Positions 48,800-58,472 are shown, numbered from the stretch's first letter. The stretch: DNA of 64,000 bases from an uncultured Thermoanaerobaculia bacterium (GCA_951813015.1 CATOTG010000002.1:325310-389309); one strand, 5' to 3'. Numbers and translations are program-made. Notes: a model not told the origin generated them from the letters alone.

Positions 48800-49399
48800 G
48801 TGCTCACGATCGCCTCCATCGTGGAAGGTCACGGTGAAGTCGCGGCCCTGCCGATCCTTCTGCGGAGGATCGCGGCAGTGGTAGCGCCCGAAGAACCCAT
48901 CTCCGTGCCCCGACCCATCCGGGTAAAGCGGCAACTCGTAGTGAAACCCGGAGAGTTGGAGCGGTATGTCGAGGTTGCCGCGAGCCGAGCCGGTGCCGGA
49001 GGAGCAATCCTGCTCGTGCTGGACGCCGATACCGACTGTCCGGCTGAACTCGCCGTCGAGTTGTGCCGGCGCGCCCGAGCCGCACGGGCGGACCGTGCCA
49101 TCCGCACCGTACTGGCCAAGGCGGAGTACGAGTCGTGGTTCGTCGCCGCGGTCGAGTCGATTGCGGAACGGCCGCTGCACGCTGTCGCACCGCCGCCCGA
49201 TCCAGAGTCGATCAGGGACGCCAAGGGCTGGTTGAGTCGAAACGCGCTGGCTCACGGAACCTACCGCCCCACACGCCACCAGGCCAGATTCACTGCTGCC
49301 TTCGACCTGAGCGCCGCGCGGTCGGCGCCCTCGTTCGACAAGCTGTGGCGTGACGTAACCTCCCTGCTCGTTCCGCCGGCAACGATCATCTCCGAATGA
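48800..49399 (+). CDS. DUF4276-family protein (Toprim-like partner of the AAA_21 ATPase)
   Basis: 199 aa (IVEGHGEVAALPILLRRI...LVLDADTDCP...KAEYESWF). GTG 48800 sits 2 nt after the ATPase stop. Its own stop overlaps the drmA start as ATGA. Confidence 0.55.
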   Translation: MLTIASIVEGHGEVAALPILLRRIAAVVAPEEPISVPRPIRVKRQLVVKPGELERYVEVAASRAGAGGAILLVLDADTDCPAELAVELCRRARAARADRAIRTVLAKAEYESWFVAAVESIAERPLHAVAPPPDPESIRDAKGWLSRNALAHGTYRPTRHQARFTAAFDLSAARSAPSFDKLWRDVTSLLVPPATIISE

Positions 49400-52300
49400 G
49401 CGAACCGAACAACCACGACGCTGCGGCCGTGACGTCTCTCGATGTCCGCCGGACCCTCGTCGAAGCGATCGAACTCGACCTCATCGGCCCATGGCGAGGT
49501 CACGAGCTTGCCCGGGAGCGGCTGCCGGTTTTCGAGGCGCCATCCAACTGGTACCTCACCGGCTTCCTGATTCCGACCGGAACGCCGCCGGAACTGAGCC
49601 GGGACGACGAGCAGGACGACGGCGGGCCTGACGAGACGCCCGAGCGACCCGGCCTCGCCGAGGAATCGACGGAGGGCCGGATGGCAGCGAAGAAGCTCTT
49701 CTTCCCTTCCTCGATGGGTCTGAGCTTCCTCGCAACCGCGGACAGCCGGCTCGATGTCTCCGTTCGCTGGGGCGACTACGAACTGGTCGCAACCGCCACC
49801 GATGCTGTGGAAGGCGACGGCGGCAACGACAAGGCCGGGGCGCAATACTGGCAGCGGAACACCGGAGAGGAGACCGTGGAGATCGCCCTCCAGATAGCGA
49901 CGGAGGAGCCCGTCCACGACGTACCCGGCTCGGGCGGGCTGAGACTTCACGTCGAGCAGAGGCCCATCTCCCAGATCGCCTCCATCCCCGAAGGCACGCG
50001 GGCTGTCAGCGTGTTCCTCGTGAACGAGCGGGAGCCTGCGACTTCGCTCCAGGACACCGAGCCGACCTACGCGTTCCAGGCCGAAGTCGAGATCCGCAGC
50101 GAACAGCCGTTCGTGCCGAGACCGGACCCACGCTCGGCGGAGACCGATGACTGGGATGAACAGGTCGCGGCCCTTCACTACCTGGACGCCCCGAGCTACG
50201 CCACCGGTCACAACGTCGGCGCCACCTGGGACGTCGACAGCGACGGGAAGTGCCGGAAGATCCGCACGACCTGGATGCCCCGGGCAGAGGTCGAGAAGAC
50301 GGAGACCAGCGAACCGGACGGGGTCGACCTGTCGATGGACCGGCTCGGCCAGCTTGCCGGCGCCGACGATGCGGACAGGACCCTGCGACCGCTCGTCGCC
50401 GCTTACCGCGAGTGGATCAACGAACAGCGCAGGGCGCTCGAGGAAGTTCCCGAAGAGCACGCGGAGACCGCGGTCGAACTCCTCGATCAGGCCAAGTTCG
50501 CCGCCTCGCGGATGGAGCGAGGGGTCGAGGCGCTCCAAAGCGACGAACAGGCACTCGACGCCTTCCGCCTGGCGAATCGCGCCGTGGCCCAGGCTCTTCG
50601 GCGCCGAACCCCTGAGGTCTTCGAAGATGCAGCGCCCCGATGGCGGGCATTCCAGCTCGCCTTCATCCTGCTGAACCTCGCGCCGCTCGCGGACCCCACC
50701 GACCCGCACCGGGAGATGGTCGACCTGCTCTTCTTTCCCACCGGCGGCGGCAAGACGGAGGCCTACCTGGGTCTCGCCGCCTTCGCGATCGTACTGAGGC
50801 GGCTCCGGAATCCGGAGGCGGGCGGGCGGGCAGGCGCGGGCGTCTCTGTTGTCATGCGCTACACGCTGAGGCTGCTGACCCTCGATCAACTCTCGCGCGC
50901 CGCGGGCCTGATCTGCGCGCTGGAACTGGAGCGGGCCGACGCGCCCGAGCGCTACGGCGAGTGGCCGTTCGAGATCGGCCTGTGGGTCGGCAGGGCGGCG
51001 ACGCCGAACCACATGGGGCGAAAGGGCGCCGAACCGCCCGGTTCCGCCCGCCAGAAGGTGCGGCGCTTCAAGGCGAAACCCGGCTACGAGCCGTCACCCG
51101 TCCCCATTGAGGACTGCCCCTGGTGCGGTACGAAGTTCGAGCCCAGCTCCTTCACGCTGCAACCGAACGACGACGAGCCGACCAACCTGCGCGTGATCTG
51201 CGCAAACTGGGAGTGCGAGTTCTCCGGCGACCGGCCGCTCCCCATCGTCGCCGTCGACGAACCGTTGTACCGCCGCCTGCCCTGCTTTCTCGTTGCCACG
51301 GTGGACAAGTTCGCGGCCCTGCCGTGGGAGGCCCGCGCCGGCGCGCTCCTCGGCGGCGCCGACCGACACGATGCGGAGGGCTTCTACGGCGCGGCGGCGC
51401 CGAGCCGGGGCCAGCCGCTGCCCTCGCCCCTGCCGCCGCCCGACCTCATCGTCCAGGACGAACTCCACCTGATCTCCGGACCCCTGGGGTCGATGGCCGG
51501 CCTCTACGAGACGGCGGTCGAGGCGCTGGCGCTCCGCGGTTCCGGCAGCCGCGGCGCGAAACCGAAGATCGTCGCCTCGACCGCCACCACCCGGCGGGCG
51601 CAGGAACAGATCCGGGCCCTCTTCGGCCGTCAGATGACCCGCGTCTTCCCGCCGCTCGGACCGTCGCGGCGCGACTCGTTCTTCTCCCAGGTCGTACCGG
51701 CGAGCGTGAAGCCGGCTCGGCTATACCTCGGCATCGCGTCGCCGGGCAGGAATGCGAAGGTCCAGATGCGGCGCGTTCTGCTGCCGCTGATGGCGGCGGC
51801 GCAGCAGGCCTTCCGGAACGCGGGCGGCCACGACAACGAGAACAACGCCGCCGACCCGTACATGACGGTGCTTGCCTACTTCAACAGCCTTCGCGAACTC
51901 GGCGGTGCGCGGCGCATCGTCGAGGAGGAGGTCCAGAACACTCTGGGCCGCTACGGAGCAAGGCGCAGACTGAACCAGGAGAGGAGGTACTTCCGCGATC
52001 GCGGGCGTCTCTACGAGCCGCTGGAGTTGACCTCCCGGGTCTCGACGGCCCAGGTCGCCGCTGCGCGACGGCGGCTTGGTCAGCCTTTCCATGCGACGGA
52101 CCGGGTCGACGTGGCCCTGGCGACGAACATGATCTCCGTCGGCCTCGACATCCAGCGACTCGGGCTCATGGTCGTCATGGGTCAGCCGAAGACGACCGCC
52201 GAGTACATCCAGGCGACCAGCCGAGTCGGCCGCGCAGACGCGAAGCCCGGTCTCGTCATCACCCTGCTCAACGCCCACAAGCCGCGCGACCGCTCCCACT

Positions 52301-52821
52301 ACGAACGCTTCCGGCACTACCACGAGACCTTCTACCGCGCGGTCGAGGCTGGAAGCGTCACGCCGTTCGCGGCCCGGGCGTTGGACCGGGGAATGGCCGG
52401 AACCCTCGTCGCGCTCGCTCGGCACGCGGAACCGTCTCTGACGCCGGCCACCGCTCCGCCAGGGCTCGCCGAGGTCCGCGCGCAGCTCGAGGCACTGCTC
52501 CTCGATGCGTTCTCCGAGCGGCTCAGCCGCCAGAACATGCCGGAAGCCGAGCGGGAAGAGAAGCTCGGCTCGGTTCGTCGGCGCGTAGGCGACCTGCTCG
52601 ACTCCTGGCAGTACGTCGTGGACGACTATCGGGACACCGGCACCGCGGTGAAGTACCAGCAGTACGAGCGGGAGCAGGGCAAACCACTGCTCCGCGAGAT
52701 GTTGGACACGGACTTCGAGTCACCCCATCACAAGAAGTTCCGCGTCAACCGCTCGCTTCGTGACGTGGAGCCCCAAGTGAACCTGTTCATCACGAAGCCG
52801 GCCGGTGGCGGAGCGGATTGA
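49396..52821 (+). CDS. DISARM DrmA-like helicase
   Basis: 1141 aa. Helicase motif I LFFPTGGGKTEAYLGL, DExH-like DELHLISGP, helicase C region and a Zn-ribbon CPWCGTKF...C. Followed by DUF1998 and PLD genes with overlapping start/stop codons. Confidence 0.65.
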   Translation: MSEPNNHDAAAVTSLDVRRTLVEAIELDLIGPWRGHELARERLPVFEAPSNWYLTGFLIPTGTPPELSRDDEQDDGGPDETPERPGLAEESTEGRMAAKKLFFPSSMGLSFLATADSRLDVSVRWGDYELVATATDAVEGDGGNDKAGAQYWQRNTGEETVEIALQIATEEPVHDVPGSGGLRLHVEQRPISQIASIPEGTRAVSVFLVNEREPATSLQDTEPTYAFQAEVEIRSEQPFVPRPDPRSAETDDWDEQVAALHYLDAPSYATGHNVGATWDVDSDGKCRKIRTTWMPRAEVEKTETSEPDGVDLSMDRLGQLAGADDADRTLRPLVAAYREWINEQRRALEEVPEEHAETAVELLDQAKFAASRMERGVEALQSDEQALDAFRLANRAVAQALRRRTPEVFEDAAPRWRAFQLAFILLNLAPLADPTDPHREMVDLLFFPTGGGKTEAYLGLAAFAIVLRRLRNPEAGGRAGAGVSVVMRYTLRLLTLDQLSRAAGLICALELERADAPERYGEWPFEIGLWVGRAATPNHMGRKGAEPPGSARQKVRRFKAKPGYEPSPVPIEDCPWCGTKFEPSSFTLQPNDDEPTNLRVICANWECEFSGDRPLPIVAVDEPLYRRLPCFLVATVDKFAALPWEARAGALLGGADRHDAEGFYGAAAPSRGQPLPSPLPPPDLIVQDELHLISGPLGSMAGLYETAVEALALRGSGSRGAKPKIVASTATTRRAQEQIRALFGRQMTRVFPPLGPSRRDSFFSQVVPASVKPARLYLGIASPGRNAKVQMRRVLLPLMAAAQQAFRNAGGHDNENNAADPYMTVLAYFNSLRELGGARRIVEEEVQNTLGRYGARRRLNQERRYFRDRGRLYEPLELTSRVSTAQVAAARRRLGQPFHATDRVDVALATNMISVGLDIQRLGLMVVMGQPKTTAEYIQATSRVGRADAKPGLVITLLNAHKPRDRSHYERFRHYHETFYRAVEAGSVTPFAARALDRGMAGTLVALARHAEPSLTPATAPPGLAEVRAQLEALLLDAFSERLSRQNMPEAEREEKLGSVRRRVGDLLDSWQYVVDDYRDTGTAVKYQQYEREQGKPLLREMLDTDFESPHHKKFRVNRSLRDVEPQVNLFITKPAGGGAD

Positions 52822-54665
52822 TGGCCAAGGCCAAGGGAACAGGTGCGCCTACCGGCAGCATTCGCCGCAGTCAGGTCATCACGACCTACGGACCGGGCGC
52901 ACTGATCGACCTGCCCCACGACTCCGCCATCGTCGGCGGGCTGGATTTCTGGCCACGGCATGGTTCTCTCGAGCAGATAGACGAACCCAGGCTCAGCGCC
53001 AGGCTGCGCAGCCTGACGGGCGGCACGCTGCCCGCCCTCCACGCCCCGCCCGCCGCTTCGGACCGGCCCGGCGACGCCTCGGCCGGCATCGACGCGCCCC
53101 GGTTCCCCGAGTGGTTCGTCGTGCAGCGGGAGAAGTCCTCAGCCGACCATCAGGGCGGCCGCCGTTCGCGCCGCCTGGTTCAACGCAAGTCGCTCGACGA
53201 ACGACGCAAATTCAAGAACCTGGTCCATGGCGGCCAGCCGGTCGTCGCGATCCGCTTCGTGCGCGGCTGCCCGCGCGGCCATGTCGACGACATCGACTGG
53301 TGGAGCTTCGTCCACCGCGGCGTGACGGACTGCCGGGGCGAACTGGGAATCGAGGAACAGGGCACCGGCGGAGACCTCTCGAACCTCTTCGTTCGCTGCA
53401 GTTGCGGCAACTCGCGGGGGCTGCACGAAGCCAAGGAGATGGCCGACCGGCCGCTCGGTCACTGCAGCGGCGCCCGACCGTGGCTGGGCCGACACGCCAA
53501 CGAGGAGTGCGGCGAGCCGGCGCGGCTGCTGATCCGGACCGCCACGAACGCGTGGTTTCCGCAGATCGTCACGGTGCTCTCGCTGCCGAAGCCGAGCGAG
53601 GCGGTCGACGGCATCGTCGCCGAACTGTGGGACGACCTGGAGATCGTCACCGAGCAGGACGAACTTCGGTTCCTGAAGAAGAAGCCGAGAGTCGAGGCCG
53701 CCCTGCACGGCGTCGACGACGCCGACGTGCTCGCGGCAATCGAACGCCGAAAGGCGGGCGACCCGGACGACCGACCAGTCAAGCTCGCCGAACTGGACGC
53801 CCTGCTGAAAGCGCCGGAAGGCTACGACGACGACGTGCCGGTCGACGACCGATTCCACGCCCGGCGCCTGCCAGAGTCCGTATGGCGGGAGGGTGCACGG
53901 CCCTTCGCGGACCGGATAGATGCCGTCGTGCAGGTTCACCGCCTGCGCGAGGTTTCGGCACTCACCGGTTTCACCCGCTTCGAGGCGCCGACACCGGACA
54001 TCCTGGGGGAGGTCGACACGGATGTGGAGCGCGCCGCGCTCGCGCTGGAGCCCGCCTGGTTCCCGGCCGTGGAGAACCGGGGCGAAGGCGTCTTCGTCCA
54101 GTTGGCGACCACAGCCGTTGCGGAGTGGTGCGGCCGCGAGGATGTCCAGATGCGCTGCGCCACTCTGGCCGCGGGCCACGAGCGCCGTGAAGCGGAACGA
54201 CCGACGAGTGCGAAGCGGCGGCCGTTTCCGGGCGGCCCCTACATCCTCCTGCACACGCTGTCTCACCTGCTGATCACGTCCCTGGCGCTGCGCTGCGGTT
54301 ATCCCGCGGCATCGATTCGGGAGCGCGTCTACGTCGACGAAGTCGCGAAGAGGTACGGACTCCTCCTCTACACCGCCAGCGCCGACGCCGAGGGAACGCT
54401 GGGCGGCCTCGTACAGCAGGCCCGGACCATCGGAGAGCATCTCCGCCACGCTCTCCTCCTCGGCCAGCTCTGTTCGAACGACCCGGTCTGTGCCCACCAC
54501 CGACCCGACCACAGCGCCGAGAAACGGTGGCTTCACGGCGCCGCCTGCCACGGCTGCACGCTGATCGCCGAGACCTCCTGCGAGACGCGGAACGACCATC
54601 TCGACCGCAGCCTGGTTGCGCGGATCATCGGCGGCGGCGCGGGCTTCTTCGGTCCGATCGAGTGA
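52821..54665 (+). CDS. DISARM DrmB-like protein (DUF1998)
   Basis: ATG 52821 overlaps the drmA stop as TGATG. N-terminal SQVITTYGPGALIDLP and C-terminal four-Cys cluster CSNDPVC...CHGCTL are typical of DUF1998. Confidence 0.65.
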   Translation: MAKAKGTGAPTGSIRRSQVITTYGPGALIDLPHDSAIVGGLDFWPRHGSLEQIDEPRLSARLRSLTGGTLPALHAPPAASDRPGDASAGIDAPRFPEWFVVQREKSSADHQGGRRSRRLVQRKSLDERRKFKNLVHGGQPVVAIRFVRGCPRGHVDDIDWWSFVHRGVTDCRGELGIEEQGTGGDLSNLFVRCSCGNSRGLHEAKEMADRPLGHCSGARPWLGRHANEECGEPARLLIRTATNAWFPQIVTVLSLPKPSEAVDGIVAELWDDLEIVTEQDELRFLKKKPRVEAALHGVDDADVLAAIERRKAGDPDDRPVKLAELDALLKAPEGYDDDVPVDDRFHARRLPESVWREGARPFADRIDAVVQVHRLREVSALTGFTRFEAPTPDILGEVDTDVERAALALEPAWFPAVENRGEGVFVQLATTAVAEWCGREDVQMRCATLAAGHERREAERPTSAKRRPFPGGPYILLHTLSHLLITSLALRCGYPAASIRERVYVDEVAKRYGLLLYTASADAEGTLGGLVQQARTIGEHLRHALLLGQLCSNDPVCAHHRPDHSAEKRWLHGAACHGCTLIAETSCETRNDHLDRSLVARIIGGGAGFFGPIE

Positions 54666-54720
54666 CGATGTACCGGGCCGCACCTCCGCCGGCATCGGCG
54701 ACCGGCACGACCGGGCGAAG

Positions 54721-55635
54721 GTGCTTAGGCAGCACAGGCAGTCATTTGCCGCCGACCCGCCCACGGAACAGCAATCCAGGAGGTTGCCGGACCTGCCTGC
54801 CTTCTCGCGGAAACCGCCTGACCGCAAACCGACAGGCGTGAACGAGCAGGCATTCAACGCTCTGATCGAACTTCCGGCGCATCTCCGGAGCTCGCTGGCG
54901 GCCGCGCTGGACGCAGGTCTGCTCCGGTTCGACTCCACCGCGACGGCCGTTCGGGCCAACCTGTCGCCCGGGGCCGACCGGGAGGGGCAGGTGCTCCGAC
55001 TGCTCGGCGCCTGGCGGCGGCTCGGTCTCTCCGAACCAGCGGCCGCCGCGTGGCTTCGAAGCCTGAACCGACTCGCGGGCGCCTCCCCGGGCCCCGACTT
55101 CGTGTGGTCCGGGCCGGAGGTTCCCGGCCTTCACGCCCGCGACACGCGGCGTGTCTACGACGAGGTCATCGGCGCGGCGTCCCGGTCGATCTGGGCGTCC
55201 ACGTACGCCTTCTTCGACGGGGAACGCGCCTTCAGGGTTCTGGCCGAGAAGATGGACGCACTGCCCGCCCTCGACGTCACCCTGCTGCTGAACATCCACC
55301 GCGGACGCGGCGTCACGACCGCCGCGGACCATCTTGTTCGCAGCTTCGCGGACAGCTTCTGGAAGCGAGAATGGCCCGGCGCCGCGCGGCCCACCGTGTT
55401 CTACGACCCGCGCTCAGTGGAACCGGATGGTCCGAAGGGCGTTCTCCACGCGAAGGCCGTCGTGGCCGACGAAGAAGTCGTCTTCATCACCTCGGCCAAT
55501 TTCACTGAAGCGGCGCTCGACCGCAACATCGAGACCGGTCTCGTGTCCCGGGACCGTCACCTTGCCCTGACCGCCGTCAGGCACTTCAGGGCGCTGATCG
55601 ACCGCAAGCTGCTGCTGCCTCTGCCGATGGACTGA
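54721..55635 (+). CDS. DISARM DrmC-like phospholipase-D-family nuclease
   Basis: HKD motif GVLHAKAVVADEEVVFITSANFTEAALDRN. Start is uncertain: GTG 54721 or GTG 54838. The ORF track begins it at 54616, overlapping drmB. Confidence 0.6.
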   Translation: MLRQHRQSFAADPPTEQQSRRLPDLPAFSRKPPDRKPTGVNEQAFNALIELPAHLRSSLAAALDAGLLRFDSTATAVRANLSPGADREGQVLRLLGAWRRLGLSEPAAAAWLRSLNRLAGASPGPDFVWSGPEVPGLHARDTRRVYDEVIGAASRSIWASTYAFFDGERAFRVLAEKMDALPALDVTLLLNIHRGRGVTTAADHLVRSFADSFWKREWPGAARPTVFYDPRSVEPDGPKGVLHAKAVVADEEVVFITSANFTEAALDRNIETGLVSRDRHLALTAVRHFRALIDRKLLLPLPMD

Positions 55636-55782
55636 CGCCAACCCTCGCAGCCGGCGCAGGAGCGGCGCTTCCGGGCGGGAGACGCATCGTCAGGGGTCGC
55701 CAGCACGCGGCGTCAAGGGGCGCGGCCGCGGCGGACATCGCGACGGTCGTTGGAGCTTGCTCCTCTTCATCTCCGCGCTGCC

Positions 55783-57123
55783 CTACTCCACGATCGCCTG
55801 GTAGGTCAGCACCTCCATCGTCGGACGCAGCGGATAGGTGCCCGTCGGCAGCAACTGGGTCAGCACCATGCCGACGACTCGCTCCTCGGGGTCGACCCAG
55901 AAGTCGGTCGAGGCGGCGCCGCCCCAGCCGTAGGCGCCGGGCGAAGCCGGCAGACCGGTCAGGCCGGTGTCGGTGACCGAGTACCCGCCCAGGCCGTAAC
56001 CCATGCCCTCGCTCATCCCCATGTCGAGGTTGAGGCTCGACATGGGCGACGGCCCGTAAGCCGATCCGAGGTGGTTGTCCATCATCAAGGCCACGGTCTG
56101 CGGACCGAGGATCCGCACACCGTCGAGCGCGCCGCCGTTCGCGAGCATCTGGGCGAACCGCAGGTAGTCGCCGGCGGTCGCGACCAGGCCGGAACCGCCC
56201 ATCTCGACCTTCGGCGGCTTGCGGTAGGCGCTGGTCTCGGGATCGTCCATCACGACGATGCCGCCCTCCGGCGTCGGCGCGTAGTTCACGGCAAGGCGAT
56301 CGAGCTTCTCGTCGGGGACGTAGAAGTCCGTGTCGACCATGCCCAGCGGGTCGAAGATTCGCTCCTTCAGGAACTCGCGGAAGGTCTGGCCGGAAGCGAC
56401 CTCGACCACCCGGCCCGCGACTTCGAGGCCGACGCTGTAGTTCCAGGCGGCGCCGGGGTGAGTGAGCAGGGGCTGCTTCGCCAGCTCCCGGACGTAGTGC
56501 GCCAGGTCGTCGTGGGGGACCGCGTCGGCCGAGCCTTCCAGACCGTTCGCCGCGTAGGAGGCAGCGACCGGGCTAGGGATGAAGGTGTAGGTCAGACCGG
56601 AGGTGTGGGTCATCAGGTCGCGGATGAGAATGGGCCGCCGCGGCGCCTCCGTCACCATGTCGTCGCCGTCGCCGGAGACGTAGACCTGCGTATCCGCGAA
56701 CTCGGGGAGAATCGCGGACAGCGGCGTCGACAGCAGGAAGTGGCCCTCCTCCCAGAGGATCATCAACGCCGCCGAGGCAATCGGCTTGGTCATCGAGTAC
56801 ATGCGGAAGAGGGTGTCCTCGGCCATCGGCTCGCCGGCCTCGACGTCCTGGTTGCCGCTGGCTTCGAAGTGAACGACCTGGCCGTCTCGCGCGACGACGG
56901 TGACCACGCCGGAGAGCTTGCCTTCCGTCACGTAGCTCTCGAACGCCGGCCGGATCCGGTCGAGCCGCTCGCTCGACATGCCCGCGCTTTCGGGTGTCGC
57001 GCGGGGGAGGCCGGCGAAGGTATCGGCGCCCGCGCCGCCAGTGTCCTGAGGGGCGCAGGCCGCAAGCAGGACGAAACAGGTCGCGACGATCAAGGCAACG
57101 ATTGAGAATGGTCGATGGCGCAT
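55783..57123 (-). CDS. Serine hydrolase of the beta-lactamase/transpeptidase fold (class C-like), lipoprotein
   Basis: ATG 57123 is preceded by GGGAGG. Lipobox LLAAC. SxxK motif YSMTKP. 446 aa. Confidence 0.8.
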   Translation of the reverse strand: MRHRPFSIVALIVATCFVLLAACAPQDTGGAGADTFAGLPRATPESAGMSSERLDRIRPAFESYVTEGKLSGVVTVVARDGQVVHFEASGNQDVEAGEPMAEDTLFRMYSMTKPIASAALMILWEEGHFLLSTPLSAILPEFADTQVYVSGDGDDMVTEAPRRPILIRDLMTHTSGLTYTFIPSPVAASYAANGLEGSADAVPHDDLAHYVRELAKQPLLTHPGAAWNYSVGLEVAGRVVEVASGQTFREFLKERIFDPLGMVDTDFYVPDEKLDRLAVNYAPTPEGGIVVMDDPETSAYRKPPKVEMGGSGLVATAGDYLRFAQMLANGGALDGVRILGPQTVALMMDNHLGSAYGPSPMSSLNLDMGMSEGMGYGLGGYSVTDTGLTGLPASPGAYGWGGAASTDFWVDPEERVVGMVLTQLLPTGTYPLRPTMEVLTYQAIVE

Positions 57124-57155
57124 GGGAAACCTCCCGGTTGAACGTGTTGCCTCGC

Positions 57156-58472
57156 TCAGCTTTCGCCGAGCAGCCAGGCTTCGTCGAAGCTGACGTGCTT
57201 GATGCTCTTGCCCTGGCCACCGTCGTCGAGCTCGCCGGCAACGTGGTAGCTGTAGGTCACGTGGATGCGGCCGTCGCCGGACTGAATCACCGACGGATAG
57301 TGATAGCGGCCGACGCCCTTCTCCTCGCGCTCGATGTAGCGCCGGCGCTTGAAGGTCCTGCCCTCGTCCTCGGAGACGGACACCGCGAGCCGGTAGCGGC
57401 CGTCGGGGATGTCGTTGTGGACCGCAATCCAGCGGCCGCTCGCGAGCTTCAGGACTTCCAGCCCGGCGCCGGTCTCGACCAAATCCGGGTGGTCGCGGGC
57501 GATGGACCAGGTGGCGCCGAAGTCCTTCGACTCGGCAACGTGGGCGCGCTTGGGCGGCGGCCCGTTGTCGCGCATGAAGGCCAGGAGCGTGCCGTCGCGG
57601 CGAAGCGCGAAGGTGGGCTGAACGCTGCCGCCGCCGATGATCGGCTCGGTGAACGTCCAACTGTGGCCGCCGTCGTCGCTGTAGGTCGCGGCGGCGAAAC
57701 TGAAGCCGTCCGAGTAGAGCCCCAGGAGCAGCCGCTGGCCGCCCTCAGGAAGAGGGAGGACGACCGGATGCGCGCGGGTGAACCAGCCGATCCGCCGGGT
57801 CAGCTTGTCCGCAGCCTGCTCCAGGTTGCGCGCGGCCCACGCCCGGGACGACTCCGGGGCGGCCGGATCCGACGCGCCGGCGAAGCCCAGGCTGCGAAAG
57901 TACTCGTCGGTCCTCGCCGCCACCAGGTCGTGGAAGCCGTCGCCGGGCTTCATGTGGAGCACGTCCTGCCAGTCCCACACCGGCGGCCCCGGGGCCTCGA
58001 AGTCGGTCGACACCTTGACCTTCATCAGGGCGCTCTGCCAGAGATTCGCCTGAATCGTGGGCCAGAACAGCCACAGCCGGTGTCCGCCAGCGCTCACCGG
58101 CTCCAGCAGCAGGGTGCAGTTCGTGTCCGGGAAGCCCGGCGTGTCGGCGAGCAGGAACGGCTCGCTCCAGGTTTCTGCGCCGGCCCGCATCCGGGCGCCC
58201 AGGATGCGCACGTCGTCGGCTGTCCGCTCCCCCGAACCGTGGAACCAGGCCACGAGCAGATCGCCATTCGGCAGCTCCACGAGAGAGGACCCGTGGTTGT
58301 GCCAGTGCTCGAGCGGGAAGATCAGCTCCCCCACCGGACCCTGGGCATCCGATCCCTCCTGGGCCGTGGCCGGCAGGGTGGCAAGAGCGGCGAGCGCCGC
58401 AAGGACCAGGGTCAGCCGAACCCGTGTGGCGCGTTTCGCGCCACGCGCGCCCCACCTCCGGGCGCCAGTCAT
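57156..58472 (-). CDS. Sialidase-like BNR/Asp-box repeat protein (exo-alpha-sialidase fold), secreted
   Basis: Asp-boxes SDDGGHSW, SKDFGATW and SEDEGRTF. Signal peptide after ATG 58472 (start uncertain). Confidence 0.65.
   Translation of the reverse strand: MTGARRWGARGAKRATRVRLTLVLAALAALATLPATAQEGSDAQGPVGELIFPLEHWHNHGSSLVELPNGDLLVAWFHGSGERTADDVRILGARMRAGAETWSEPFLLADTPGFPDTNCTLLLEPVSAGGHRLWLFWPTIQANLWQSALMKVKVSTDFEAPGPPVWDWQDVLHMKPGDGFHDLVAARTDEYFRSLGFAGASDPAAPESSRAWAARNLEQAADKLTRRIGWFTRAHPVVLPLPEGGQRLLLGLYSDGFSFAAATYSDDGGHSWTFTEPIIGGGSVQPTFALRRDGTLLAFMRDNGPPPKRAHVAESKDFGATWSIARDHPDLVETGAGLEVLKLASGRWIAVHNDIPDGRYRLAVSVSEDEGRTFKRRRYIEREEKGVGRYHYPSVIQSGDGRIHVTYSYHVAGELDDGGQGKSIKHVSFDEAWLLGES

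Noticed and set aside
54527-54841. ORF 54527..54841 (104 aa) beginning ATG 54668 right after drmB as an alternative drmC start
   Set aside because: Different frame from the PLD-motif ORF, and it terminates at 54841. The PLD protein is in the 54616 frame, so a GTG start at 54721 or 54838 was preferred.
49261-54959. Minus-strand ORFs 49261..51012 and 53139..54959 across drmA/drmB
   Set aside because: Antisense. The plus frames carry helicase and DUF1998 motifs.
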